From an uncultured Spirochaetota bacterium (GTDB lineage Bacteria > Spirochaetota > Spirochaetia > SZUA-6 > CAVTHK01), in assembly GCA_963734495.1 (NCBI GenBank), contig CAVTHK010000007.1:399978-463977 (forward strand): 64,000 nucleotides of DNA. Reading direction: 5' to 3'. The notes beneath the pieces are model-generated. The model saw nothing but the letters and a program-made list of their open reading frames with translations, did no database searches and was not told where the DNA came from. Shown here in pieces: positions 8,456 through 18,932 of the stretch (positions are counted from its first letter, which is position 1; each line of letters begins with the position of its first letter). Position numbers and translations under genes: made by a program.

Positions 8456-11400
8456 TTGCCTACTCTCGAGAGGATCCGCCAGTTCGAGAAAGCCCTCGTG
8501 TCGCTGGGCGCCGAGCGCGAGATCCTTGCGGAGCGCGGCGAGGAGATCGAAGAGGTTTCGCCGCCGGGCGAGCCGATCTCCCCGGACCTCCAGGACCTGC
8601 TGGCGCCGCCCGAGCCGGCGGCCGGCGGGGAGCCTCCCGCCGCGACGGGCCCGCTCGAGGCGCCTGCGCCGCCTCCCGAGCCGGCCGAAGCGGAGCCCAT
8701 CGGCGACGAGCTGCTCGACACGCTCGACCTCGACGCCCTCGGGCTCGGCGAGGAGACGCCGGCCGAAGGGGCCGAGGACGCCGGGCCCGGCGAGACTGTC
8801 GAGCCCGCCGACGGCTCGGAGGAGTTCACCCTGCCGGAGGGGCTCTTCGACACCGGAGACCAGGCCGGGGGCGAAGCCGAGCCCGCCGCGTCCTCCGAGG
8901 TGTTCGAGCTCCCCGAAGAGGCGCCCGGCGCTTTCGACGAAGGCCCGAAGGAGCAGGCCGGAGAGCAGCAGACCGCGGAGGTCCCCGAAGAGCCCCCCGC
9001 GCCTCCCGGCGAGGGCGCCGGGGAGACGCCCTTCGACCTGCCTGATCTGCCTGACCTGCCCGATCTCCCGCTCGAAGCCGCCGAGACCGAGCTGCCGGTC
9101 GGGTTGCCTGAGGAGCTCGCGCCGCCCGCCGCTCCCCAAAGCGCGGACCAGTTCGAGGTTCCGGAGATCGGCCAGAGCGAGCCGGCGGCCCTTCCCGAAG
9201 AGATCTCCTTTGACGAGAACGAGGCAGAGCCGAGCCTTGATGAGTTGACCGAAACTCCGGAGCCCGTCGAGCCCGCCGAACCCGCGGAGCCGGGGACGGG
9301 CCCCGCCCCGCTCGCCGAGTCGGAGGTGGGGCAGCCGGAGCGGGACCAGGACTTCGTCATCGACGAGTTCGCGCTGCCCGGCGCGGAAGAGACACCGGCG
9401 CAAGAGGAGCAGCCCTCTCCGCCGCCCGGAGCCGCGGGTGCTCCCCCCGTGGGACGCGGCCCGCGTGTCCGGGGCCGCAGAGCCGGGGAGCCCCGCTCAG
9501 AGTACAGCGACAGGGAGTTCGCCGCGATCCGCCGGGCGCTCGCCGACCTGCCGCTCAACCTCAGGGCGGCGGTCGAGGAGCAGATCGGCAATCGGACGAT
9601 CACAGGCGAAGCCCTCCGCCGCATCCTCGACCTCCTCATCGGCGGCGCCGCGGCTTCGGAGATTGCCCGCGCCCTCGCGCAGGCCACGGGCGTCCGCATA
9701 TCGCTTCCGCGTTACCTGGAAAAGGGCACCGGCGTCGAGTTCGAGCGCGAACGGGCCAGCCTCGGATACCTGCTGCGCAAGGCCGTGGTTCCCGCGCTCC
9801 AGGTGCTGATCCCCGTCGCGGGGCTGATCGTCGGGCTGGCGTTCGCGGCGAACGAGGCCATCATCAAGCCGCTGCAGTCGCAGCGCGACTACCGCGGCGC
9901 CATCGCGCAGATCGAGGCCGGGCAGTTCGACGCGGCGGCGCGTACCTTCAACGTCGCCACACGGCGCCGCGCCATCCCCAGATGGTTCTACCGGACGGCC
10001 GACGCATACCGGAAGAAGGAGCAGTACGACCGGGCCGGCGACATCTACGAGCGCCTGATCGGCAGCCGCACCCTGCTCGGAGTCGATTCGAACCTCGCGA
10101 CGGCCGCCGACAAGAGGCAGGACGACAAGGACCGCCGGGGGGCGAGGCTGCATCCCTACGAGCGGGACGCCGTCCTCGCCTACGCGAACATGAGGACCTA
10201 CGAGACCTTCGAGTACGACAAGGCTGAAGGGCTGCTCAACACGTATTTCGAAAAGACCGGCAACAGGGGCGACTACAAGGCGCTTCTCGCCCTCGGCGAC
10301 AACTACATCGAGTGGGGCTCCGAGGTGCCCGGCAAGTACACGGATGCCGAGGTCACCTACCGCAAGGCCATGCGCGAGCAGAGGCCCGCGACCGACGAGC
10401 CGATCATGCGCATCCTGCGCTACTACGCGCGCACCGGCAAGGTCGACGACGTCGAGAAGCTGGTGCTCGGGTTCGAGTCCAGGCCGCGCTCCAGGATCGA
10501 CCCGCAGATCTACTCCGAAGCCGCCGGAGCGCTCATCGACGCCGGCCGCTACGCCATCGCCCGCAGGGCCCTCGGCCGCGCTCACGACACGGACCCCCGC
10601 GTGCCGGAAACCATGTTCCAGTTCGCGCGGCTGTTCCGCTGGCTCGACAACCCGACCGACGAGGAGCGGGCGCTCAGGAACGCGCTGGAGGCCTTCAAGG
10701 GCCGGTCGGCCCTGTCGCGGCGGCAGAGGGAGCAGGCGATCCTCTCGCGCGCGTCGCTGGGAGAGCTCTACTATCGCGGGAACGAGCCCGTCAAAGCCCA
10801 GGCCGAGTACACGGAAGCCATCAAGACGCTCGAGGACGATCTCGCGGCCCGGAGGCTCAAACCGGATCCGAAGCTCGGCCGCGTGTATGCCGACAGCGCC
10901 GACGTCCACTACTACTTCGACAGGGATCTCCAGAGCGCCCTCGCGCTGTACCAGAAGGCCCGCGACCAGGGGATGAAGGACGACGACCTGTCCTACAAGA
11001 TCGGCTACATCCATTACGATCGCGCGGTGTCGCTAGCCGCAGCAGGGGCGCGCCGCCGCCGCCGAAGGCGACACCTCGGCCGCCGCGCTCGAGTTCCACC
11101 AGGTCGTGGAGGCCGAACGCGACAACCCGAGCGCCCTCTTCGCGATGGCCAACACGCTGTACCTGCGCGGCGACTACCTCGCGGCGCAGGGCTACTACAA
11201 CATCCTGCTCCGCCAGCTCGAGGCCCAGCGCCAGCGCACTCCGCTGCTGCAGCCCCAGGACAACGCGCAGCACCACGACCTGGTCGATCTCTCGATGCGC
11301 GCGTTCAACAACCTTGGCGTGACCGAGAAGAGGATAGCCGAGGACTCCCGCGCGCCCGGCAGGGAAGCGCGGGCCAACTACTACCTGCAGCGATCGATCG

Positions 11401-11560
11401 AGTTCTACGACCTGCTCACCCGTACGCCCGTCACGCTGGTCAGGTCCGAAGCGCGGAACCTCGGCTTCATCAACTCCCGCGCCCTGATGTATCCCCAGTC
11501 GGGCGTGGAGCTGCAGATCTACCGCGAGATACCGCTGGACCTCGAGAGCGCGCGGTTCTG
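8456..11560 (+). CDS. flcA: Periplasmic flagellar collar protein FlcA-like (acidic N-region, TM, TPRs); frameshift near 11040-11090
   Basis: MPTLERIRQF..LGAEREILAERG start, acidic Pro/Glu region, LPLNLRAAVEE, single TM, TPRs; C-terminus in frame 11106-11561 (NNLGV..YDLLTRTP.TLVRS..NLGFIN). Confidence 0.75.
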
Positions 11561-11568
11561 AGCGGGGG

Positions 11569-12684
11569 TCACCTGCGGGCGGCGGCCGGCATCGGGACCG
11601 GGGTCATCCAGCCGAACTTGTCCTCGACGGCGCCGTACTGGATGCCCTTGAGGGTGATCAGCAGCGCGCGGGTCGTGTCGCCCATCCTGCCCTTGTTGTA
11701 GACCGCCGTGCGGCCCTTGTGGGTGACCGACTCGATAAAGGCGATCCCCGCGGCCGTGCCGGTCACAAAGCACTCTTTCGCGTCCGTAAACGCCTCGTCG
11801 ACCGAGATCTTGCGCTCCGCGGTGGGGATGCCCATGCTGGCCGCAAGCTCGAGGATCGACTTGCGCGTGACTCCCGGCAGGATCGTGTCGCCGAGCTCCG
11901 GCGTCGCGAGCGTCCCATCCTTCATGAGGAAGAACAGGTTGCAGGAGGAGCCTTCTTCAAAGTACTTCTGCTCCCTGGCGTCGAGAAAGAGGGCCTCCAT
12001 GTAGCCCTGCTCCATCACGGCGTACTTTACCAGCGTCGGGGTGACGTAGTTCGCGTCGCACTTGATCCAGCCGGTGCCGCCGGGAAAGGCGCGTATCTTG
12101 TCGGTGGTGACGGCCCTCGAGCGCCCGGGCTCGAAGTAGGCCCCGACGTTGGACGTGACGATGATCACCCAGGGCGCGTGCGAAAGGTTCAGCCCGATCC
12201 CCGGCTCGGAGTAGGAGAACGGGCGCATGTACACCGCCTCGCCGGAAAGGAAATCGTCCTTCTCCCAGGCGGGGTTGTAGCGCGCCAGAAAGCCAAGCTC
12301 CGCGTTGCGGGCGATGACGCCGACGCATGCGTCGACGAACGCCTTTTCGGGAAAGGCCGGCATCCGGAGCCCCCGCATCGAGTTCGCCATGCGCTCGCCG
12401 TTGCGGTCCGGTCTGAAGATCTTGTATCCGCCGTCCTTCTGCGGCATCGCCTTGATCCCTTCGAAGACACCGAACCCGTACTGCGTCGTGTAGTTGACGA
12501 GGGGGAGCCCCTCGATGGCGTTGCGGCGCACGAGCAGCTCCGCGCGCTCGTCGTCGGAAAGGCGCGCCTCCTCCGCGGGGGTCTTGTGCGGCTGCTCGAT
12601 GTAGCGCTCTTCCCAGCGGCCCTCCTCGACGTAGCGGGCCAGGTAGATCCAGGGATTGACTTGAAGGCTGAAGCCCTTTGCCAT
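11569..12684 (-). CDS. ilvE: Branched-chain amino acid aminotransferase (class IV PLP)
   Basis: YGFGVFEGIKA, IFRPDRN, GTGWIKCDANY, EGSSCNLF, ILPGVTRKS, TGTAA. Confidence 0.9.
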   Translation of the reverse strand: MAKGFSLQVNPWIYLARYVEEGRWEERYIEQPHKTPAEEARLSDDERAELLVRRNAIEGLPLVNYTTQYGFGVFEGIKAMPQKDGGYKIFRPDRNGERMANSMRGLRMPAFPEKAFVDACVGVIARNAELGFLARYNPAWEKDDFLSGEAVYMRPFSYSEPGIGLNLSHAPWVIIVTSNVGAYFEPGRSRAVTTDKIRAFPGGTGWIKCDANYVTPTLVKYAVMEQGYMEALFLDAREQKYFEEGSSCNLFFLMKDGTLATPELGDTILPGVTRKSILELAASMGIPTAERKISVDEAFTDAKECFVTGTAAGIAFIESVTHKGRTAVYNKGRMGDTTRALLITLKGIQYGAVEDKFGWMTPVPMPAAARR

Positions 12685-12838
12685 CGGCGACTCCTCGCGC
12701 GACAGGATAGCGGTGCGGAATTGTAGACTCGCGCACCCGCTGGAGTCAACCCGCCGAGGACGGCGGGCCGCTGTACGAGCGCCCCTCGTTGACGCCCGCG
12801 GGGCCTCGAGGCGATATTCTATCCGAGGCCTTTGCCTG

Positions 12839-14005
12839 GTGACCCTCAAGTGGATGTCGTCCATCTCGGAGATCGACCGCGGCGCATGGAACGCGCTCGC
12901 TGAGCCGCTCGAGACCCCGCTGCTCGAGTGGGACTGGCTGCGCCAGATGGAGGTCTCGGGCAGCATCGCACCGGAGAGCGGCTGGGTGCCCCTTCACCTG
13001 ACTCTCTGGCGCGACGGCCTGCTCGCGGCCGCCGCCCCGATGTACGTCAAGGGACACAGCTCCGGGGAGTTCGTCTGGGACCATGTCTGGGCCGACGTCG
13101 CGAGTCAACTCGGAGTCCGCTACTACCCCAAGCTGATCGGGATGAGCCCCGCCACGCCCGCGGTCGGCTACCGTTTCCTCGTGGCGCCGGGCGAGGACGA
13201 AGCTCAGGTCACGGCCGCCATGCTCGAGCAGATCGAGCAGCTGTGCGGCAAGAACAACGTGTCGAGCTGCGGCTTCAACTTCGTCGACCCGGCCTGGAAG
13301 GACCTCCTGGAAAAGCTCGGCTACACGGCGTGGGCTCACCAGAGCTACGCATGGGTCAACGAGGGCTTCGTCACGTTCGAAGACTACCTGGCGCGCTTCG
13401 ACAAGAACCAGCGGCGCAACATCAGGCGCGAGCGCGCGAGCGTCGAGGAGGCGGGAGTGACGCTGCGCGCCCTGACGGGGGACGAGATCCCGAGCTCGTA
13501 CTACCCCCTCATGTACCGCTTCTACAGCAACACGAACGCGCAGTTCGGGCCCTGGGCTGCCAAGTTCCTCACGCGCAAGTTCTTCCTGGGCCTGGCCGAG
13601 GGCTTCCGCCACCGCCTCCTGTTCGTCGCCGCCTACGAACGCAAGGGCTCGGAGCCGATCGCGATGTCCTTTTTGATCACCAAGGGCGGGCAGCTCATCG
13701 GCCGCTACTGGGGCGCCTCGAAATTCGTGAGCAACCTCCATTTCGACACCTGTTACTACACGCCGATCCAGTGGGCGATCGAGCAGGGAAAAAGCTTCTT
13801 CGATCCCGGCGCAGGCTCGCCGCACAAGATCCGCAGGGGGTTCCAGGCGGTTGCGAACCACAGCCTCCACCGCTTCTTCGACGACGACATGCGGCGCGTG
13901 ATGGAAAAGCACATCGGCCGCATCAACCGCATGGAGCAGGAGGAGATCGACGGGATGAACTCGGCGCTCCCGTTCGCGCACAAGCCTCCCCAAGCCGGTG
14001 GCTGA
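12839..14005 (+). CDS. FemAB-like GNAT protein (DUF482 family)
   Basis: YVKGHSSGEFVWDHVWA, YYPKL, GRYWG, LHFDTCYY, FDPGAG..HKIRRGF. Confidence 0.9.
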   Translation: MTLKWMSSISEIDRGAWNALAEPLETPLLEWDWLRQMEVSGSIAPESGWVPLHLTLWRDGLLAAAAPMYVKGHSSGEFVWDHVWADVASQLGVRYYPKLIGMSPATPAVGYRFLVAPGEDEAQVTAAMLEQIEQLCGKNNVSSCGFNFVDPAWKDLLEKLGYTAWAHQSYAWVNEGFVTFEDYLARFDKNQRRNIRRERASVEEAGVTLRALTGDEIPSSYYPLMYRFYSNTNAQFGPWAAKFLTRKFFLGLAEGFRHRLLFVAAYERKGSEPIAMSFLITKGGQLIGRYWGASKFVSNLHFDTCYYTPIQWAIEQGKSFFDPGAGSPHKIRRGFQAVANHSLHRFFDDDMRRVMEKHIGRINRMEQEEIDGMNSALPFAHKPPQAGG

Positions 14006-14639
14006 CGTCGGGGGGTCCCCCCGGGGCGCCACGGTCAACGAAGACCTCCTCATCGAGTACGAGCGCGCCCGGGTCCCCGCCTGGCGGATCTACGAGCCGC
14101 GCGAGACCTGCGTCGTGCTCGGCGCCGGCAGGCACGGGAAGGGCGACGTGCTCGAGGAGAACGCGGCGGCCGACGGCGTTCCCGTGCTCTCGCGCAAGGG
14201 CGGCGGCGGCACGGTCGTCCTTTCGCCGGGGATGGTCGTCCTCGCGCTGGCCACCGAGGTCGCCTCGCCATTCCGCAACCGCGAGTACGCGAGCCGGATC
14301 AACGGCTGGATCCGCGAGGCGCTCGCGGGGGCCGGGGTCGACGGAGTCGAGGAGAGAGGCATCTCCGATCTCGCCCTCGGCGACGTCAAGATCGCGGGCA
14401 CGTCGATCTTTCGCCGCCGGCTCATCCTCTTCTACCAGGCGAGCCTCCTCGTGGCCAACGACATCGGCCTCTTCGACCGCTACCTCGCCTACCCTTCGTC
14501 CGTCCCCGACTACCGCGCCGGCCGCGGCCACGACGCGTTCTGCACGACGCTGCGGCGCGCCGGCTTCCCCCTGCGGGTCGGGGACGTGATCGCGGCGCTC
14601 GAGCCCGTCGTGGCCTGCGGCCTGCCCGCGCTGCGGTAG
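13998..14639 (+). CDS. Lipoate-protein ligase (LplA/LipM-like) catalytic domain
   Basis: RKGGGGTV, ISDLA..KIAG, PDYRAGRGH. Confidence 0.8.
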   Translation: MADVGGSPRGATVNEDLLIEYERARVPAWRIYEPRETCVVLGAGRHGKGDVLEENAAADGVPVLSRKGGGGTVVLSPGMVVLALATEVASPFRNREYASRINGWIREALAGAGVDGVEERGISDLALGDVKIAGTSIFRRRLILFYQASLLVANDIGLFDRYLAYPSSVPDYRAGRGHDAFCTTLRRAGFPLRVGDVIAALEPVVACGLPALR

Positions 14640-14653
14640 TCGCGCGCCTGTTC

Positions 14654-14682
14654 TTGACAGCGTCCGGGGCGGCCGGTAACTT
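14654..14682 (+). promoter_or_regulatory. sigma70-type promoter, leaderless, for the SorE-like operon
   Basis: TTGACA-17 bp-TAACTT, then 6 nt to GTG start. Confidence 0.7.
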
Positions 14683-14688
14683 CAGCGA

Positions 14689-15960
14689 GTGAAGACCACA
14701 GCCCTCCGGCTCTACGGCAAGAACGACCTTCGCCTGGAAACCTTCGACCTGCCTCCGATCGGCGAGCGCGAGATCCTCGCCGACATCGTCTCGGACAGCG
14801 TCTGCATGTCGACGTACAAGGCGACGATCCAGGGCATGGAGCACAAGCGCGTGCCGAAGGATATCGCCGACAAGCCCGTGATCGTGGGCCACGAGTTCTG
14901 CGGCCGCATCATCGAGACGGGACGCGACGTGGACAGCGTCTTCCGCCCGGGGATGAAATACGCCATCCAGCCGGCGCTCAACGCGCCGGGTCGCGAGCTC
15001 GAAGCGCCCGGCTACAGCTACCGTTACATCGGCGGGGACGCGACGCGCATCGTCATCCCCGCGGAGGTGATGGAGCTCGGCTGCCTGCTGCCGTACGACG
15101 GCGAAGGCTACTTCAAGGCCTCGCTCGCGGAACCGGTCTCCTGCGTGATCGGAGCGTTCAAGACCTCCTATCACTTCAAGCAGGGCGAGTACGTGCACCG
15201 GATGGGCATCGTCGAGGGAGGCGCCTGCGCCCTCCTCGCCGCCGCCGGCCCCATGGGCATGCTGGCCATCGACTACGCCGTGCACGGCCCGCGCAGGCCC
15301 CGGCTGCTCGTGGTCACCGACATCGACCAGGGGCGCCTCGACCGCGCAGCCCGCTACTTCACCGTGGCCGACGCTCGCCGCCACGGGGTCGACCTGCACT
15401 ACGTCAACACCAAGGGGCCCGATGCCCCGGCGGCCCTGATGGCGCTGGTCGGAGGCAAGGGCTATGACGATGTGTTCGTCTTCGCCCCCGTGACGCCGGT
15501 GGTCGAGCAGGGCGCAAAGCTGCTGGCCTTCAACGGATGTCTCAACTTTTTCGCGGGCCCGTCCGACAGGAGCTTCGGCGCCGCCATCAACTTTTACGAT
15601 ATCCACTACTCGGGCCACCACTACGCCGGCTCGTCCGGGGGCAACACGGAGGACATGAAGGACGCGCTGCGGCTGATGTCCCAGGGCGCGCTGAACCCGT
15701 CCGTGCTCATCACCCACGTCGGAGGGCTCGATGCCGCGGCCGGGACCATCAAGGAGCTGCCGCACATCCCGGGCGGGAAGAAGCTGATCTACACGCAGAT
15801 CGCCATGCCCCTCGTGGCCCTCGACGACTTCGAGAACCTGGGCAAGCGCGATCCCGTGTTCCGCGAGCTCGCCCGGATCACGGCCGCCGGCGACGGCCTC
15901 TGGTCCGTGCAGGCCGAAGAATACCTGCTCGCCCACGCGAAGCCGATCAGCGTCGGGTGA
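14689..15960 (+). CDS. Zinc-binding dehydrogenase, L-sorbose-1-phosphate reductase (SorE)-like
   Basis: MKTTALRLYGKNDLRLETF, SDSVCMSTYKA, HKRVP, GHEF, GGKKLIY. Confidence 0.85.
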   Translation: MKTTALRLYGKNDLRLETFDLPPIGEREILADIVSDSVCMSTYKATIQGMEHKRVPKDIADKPVIVGHEFCGRIIETGRDVDSVFRPGMKYAIQPALNAPGRELEAPGYSYRYIGGDATRIVIPAEVMELGCLLPYDGEGYFKASLAEPVSCVIGAFKTSYHFKQGEYVHRMGIVEGGACALLAAAGPMGMLAIDYAVHGPRRPRLLVVTDIDQGRLDRAARYFTVADARRHGVDLHYVNTKGPDAPAALMALVGGKGYDDVFVFAPVTPVVEQGAKLLAFNGCLNFFAGPSDRSFGAAINFYDIHYSGHHYAGSSGGNTEDMKDALRLMSQGALNPSVLITHVGGLDAAAGTIKELPHIPGGKKLIYTQIAMPLVALDDFENLGKRDPVFRELARITAAGDGLWSVQAEEYLLAHAKPISVG

Positions 15961-15983
15961 AGAAGGTCTCGGCGCAGGGAGGC

Positions 15984-17015
15984 ATGATGGCGCGCGCGGA
16001 CGCGCGGGCGGCAGCCGATGGGGAAGAACGGCTCGAGGACGAGCTGAGCGAGCCGTGGGGGCGGCCCGCCGAGGCCGCCCGTCGCATCGACGGCGATATC
16101 CTCGTGCTGGGCGCCGGCGGCAAGATGGGCCCTACCCTGGCCATGATGCTGCGTCGGGCGGCGGCGGGGATGGTCTACGCCGCCTCGCGCTGGTCCGACG
16201 AGGCCGCGCGGGATCGGCTGGAGCGTGCCGGCGTCCGCACCGTCGCGGTCGACCTCCTCGACCGCGACGCCTATCGCGAGCTGCCCGACGCGGCCACCGT
16301 CTACTACCTGGCGGGCATGAAGTTCGGCGCGAGCGCGCGGCAGGACCTCACGTGGGCCATGAACGCCTACGTCCCCGCGCTGGTCGCCGAGCGATTCCGG
16401 GGCAGCCGCATGGTCGTGTTCTCGACCGGGAACGTCTACCCCTTTGTCCCGATCGAAAGCGGCGGCGCGCGCGAGGACACGCAGCCGGAGCCGGTCGGCG
16501 AATACGCGCAGTCGTGCCTCGCTCGCGAGCGCATGTTCCAGTATTTCGGCGGCCGGCACGGCACTCCGGCGACCATAGTGCGCCTCAACTACGCCAACGA
16601 GCCGCGTTACGGCATCATCGTCGACGTCGCCTCGAGGATCCTGCGCGACGAGCCCGTCGACCTGTCGATGGGCCACGTCAACCTCATCTGGCAGGGCGAC
16701 GCCAACAACTACATCGCGGCCTCGGCCGCGATCGCCGCTTCCCCGCCGGCGATCCTGAACGTGGCGGGGGCCGGCACGGTACGGCTGCGCGACCTCGCCG
16801 CCCGGCTCGGGAGCCTGCTCGGGCGGGAGCCGCGGCTCGACGGATGCGAGCGGCCGACGGCGCTGCTTGCGGACGCATCGCGCTGCTTCGAGCTCTACGG
16901 TCCGCCCAGGGCGTCCCTCGACTGGATGACCGAGCGGATCGCCGGATGGCTCGCGGCGGGTGGCCGCACGCTCGGCAAGCCGACGAAGTTCCAGGTGCGC
17001 GACGGGCGCTTCTGA
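15984..17015 (+). CDS. NAD-dependent epimerase/dehydratase family protein
   Basis: ILVLGAGGKMGP, AGMKFG, STGNVY, EYAQSCL, KPTKFQVRDGRF; GGAGG upstream. Confidence 0.85.
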   Translation: MMARADARAAADGEERLEDELSEPWGRPAEAARRIDGDILVLGAGGKMGPTLAMMLRRAAAGMVYAASRWSDEAARDRLERAGVRTVAVDLLDRDAYRELPDAATVYYLAGMKFGASARQDLTWAMNAYVPALVAERFRGSRMVVFSTGNVYPFVPIESGGAREDTQPEPVGEYAQSCLARERMFQYFGGRHGTPATIVRLNYANEPRYGIIVDVASRILRDEPVDLSMGHVNLIWQGDANNYIAASAAIAASPPAILNVAGAGTVRLRDLAARLGSLLGREPRLDGCERPTALLADASRCFELYGPPRASLDWMTERIAGWLAAGGRTLGKPTKFQVRDGRF

Positions 17016-17027
17016 GGGGAGAGAGAG

Positions 17028-18099
17028 ATGAGCGCAGCACCCATGCCGCCTGCCGCCGTCCTGAACGCCCTGCGCCGCGGCTGCGTCATCCCGGCGCACG
17101 CGCTCGCGCTCGACGGCCGCCTCGGGCTCGACGAGCGCCACCAGCGGGCGCTCACGCGCTACTACATCGACGCCGGGGCCGGCGGCCTGGCGGTCGGCGT
17201 GCACACGACGGAGTTCGCGATCCACAGGACCGACGTCGGCCTCTACCGCCCGGTGCTGGAGCTGGCCGCGCGGGCCGCCGGTGGCTGGAGAGGGACCCCG
17301 CCCGACCTCATCCTGATCGCGGGGCTGGTCGGCCGCACCTCGCAGGCGGTTCGCGAGGCGGAGGCTGCGCGAGCGGAAGGCTACCACATCGGCCTCCTCA
17401 GCCTCGGCGCCCTCTCGGACAGCGGCGACGACGAGCTGATCGCCCACTGCCGCTCTGTCGCGGAGGTGATCCCGATCATGGGTTTCTATCTCCAGCCGTC
17501 GGTCGGCGGGAGGATCCTCTCGGAGGGCTTCTGGCGCAGGCTCGCCGGAATCCCCAACCTCGTGGCGGTCAAGATCGCGCCTTTCAACCGCTACATGACG
17601 CTGCACGTCGTGCGCGCTCTGGCCGAGGCGGGACGCGACGACGTGGCCCTGTACACGGGCAACGACGACGCCATCCTCTTCGACCTGCTCACGCGCTACG
17701 AGCTGGCGCTGAGCGGCCGCCGCGTGCGCCGCGAGATCGTCGGCGGCCTGCTCGGCCACTGGGCCTACTGGACCAGGCGCGCCGTGGAGCACCTGGAGCG
17801 CTGCCGCGAGGCGCGCGGAGCCGCGTCGGTCCCGGCCGACCTGCTCACGCTCGCGGCCCAGGTGACCGAGTCGAACGAGGCCGTCTTCGATCCCGCGCAG
17901 CTCGTTTGCGGGCTGCATCAGCGGGATCCTCTACTGCCTCGCGCGGGTGGGCCTCGTCGACGGCGTGCGCACCCTCGGGGAGGGCGAGCGCCTCTCGCCC
18001 GGGCAGACCGCGAAGATCGACCGGGTGGTGGCAGCCTACCCTCACCTGGCCGATGACGAGTTCGTCAGGGAACGCCTGGATCGCTGGCTCGCGCCGTGA
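17028..18099 (+). CDS. Dihydrodipicolinate synthase-family (class I aldolase) protein; frameshift near 17900
   Basis: VIPAHALAL, AVGVHTTEF, FYLQPSVGG, KIAPFNRY, YTGNDD; C-terminus YPHLADDEFV in another frame. Confidence 0.85.
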
Positions 18100-18179
18100 G
18101 CCGTCGCGGCGGGGCCACGGTCCCGCCGCCGGCCCGCCCGGCGCAGTCCGCGACATGAAACCGCAAGGAGGTACTCGCA

Positions 18180-18932
18180 GTGGACGTCCGGGTTTTCGCA
18201 ACAGTGGCCGAAATGGGGAGAGCGGCAGCCCGTCACGGGGCCGAAGGGATCAGGGCCGCGGTGGCGGCCCACGACAAGGCGAACATCATCCTCGCGACCG
18301 GAACGAGCCAGTACTCGATGCTCGAGGCGCTGGCGGCGGAGCCCAAGATCGACTGGTCGCGGATCACGGTGTTCCACCTCGACGAGTACGTCGGGCCTGA
18401 GCGACGACGCACCCGGCCAGCTTCCGGAAATACCTCAAGGAGCGGTTCGTGAGCCGCGTGAGCAAGGTCGCGGCCTTTCACGCGGTGCGGGGCGACGGCC
18501 CCGATCCGGCCGCGGAGTGCCGCAGGCTCGGTGAGCTGATCCGCAGGCACCCGATCGACGTCGCCTTTATCGGCATCGGGGAGAACGGCCATCTCGCCTT
18601 CAACGACCCGCCGGCCGACTTCGACACGGAGGAGCCCTACCTCGTCGTCGCGCTCGACGAGGCGTGCCGCAGGCAGCAGGTCGGCGAGGGCTGGTTCGCG
18701 TCGCTCGCCGATGTCCCGCAGAAGGCGATCTCGATGAGCATCCGCCAGATCCTCCGCAGCTGGGCGCATCGTCTGCACGGTGCCCGACGTCCGCAAGGCG
18801 GACGCGGTCAAGTGCGCCGTCGAAGGCGAGCTGACCAACCGATGCCCGGCGTCGATCCTCCGCACGCACCGCGACTGCGTGATGTTCCTGGACCGGCCGG
18901 CGGGCTCGAAGCTCGCGCGTACGGCGAAATGA
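18180..18932 (+). CDS. Glucosamine/galactosamine-6-phosphate isomerase (NagB family); frameshifts near 18400 and 18760
   Basis: [42 protein letters not shown]. Confidence 0.85.
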
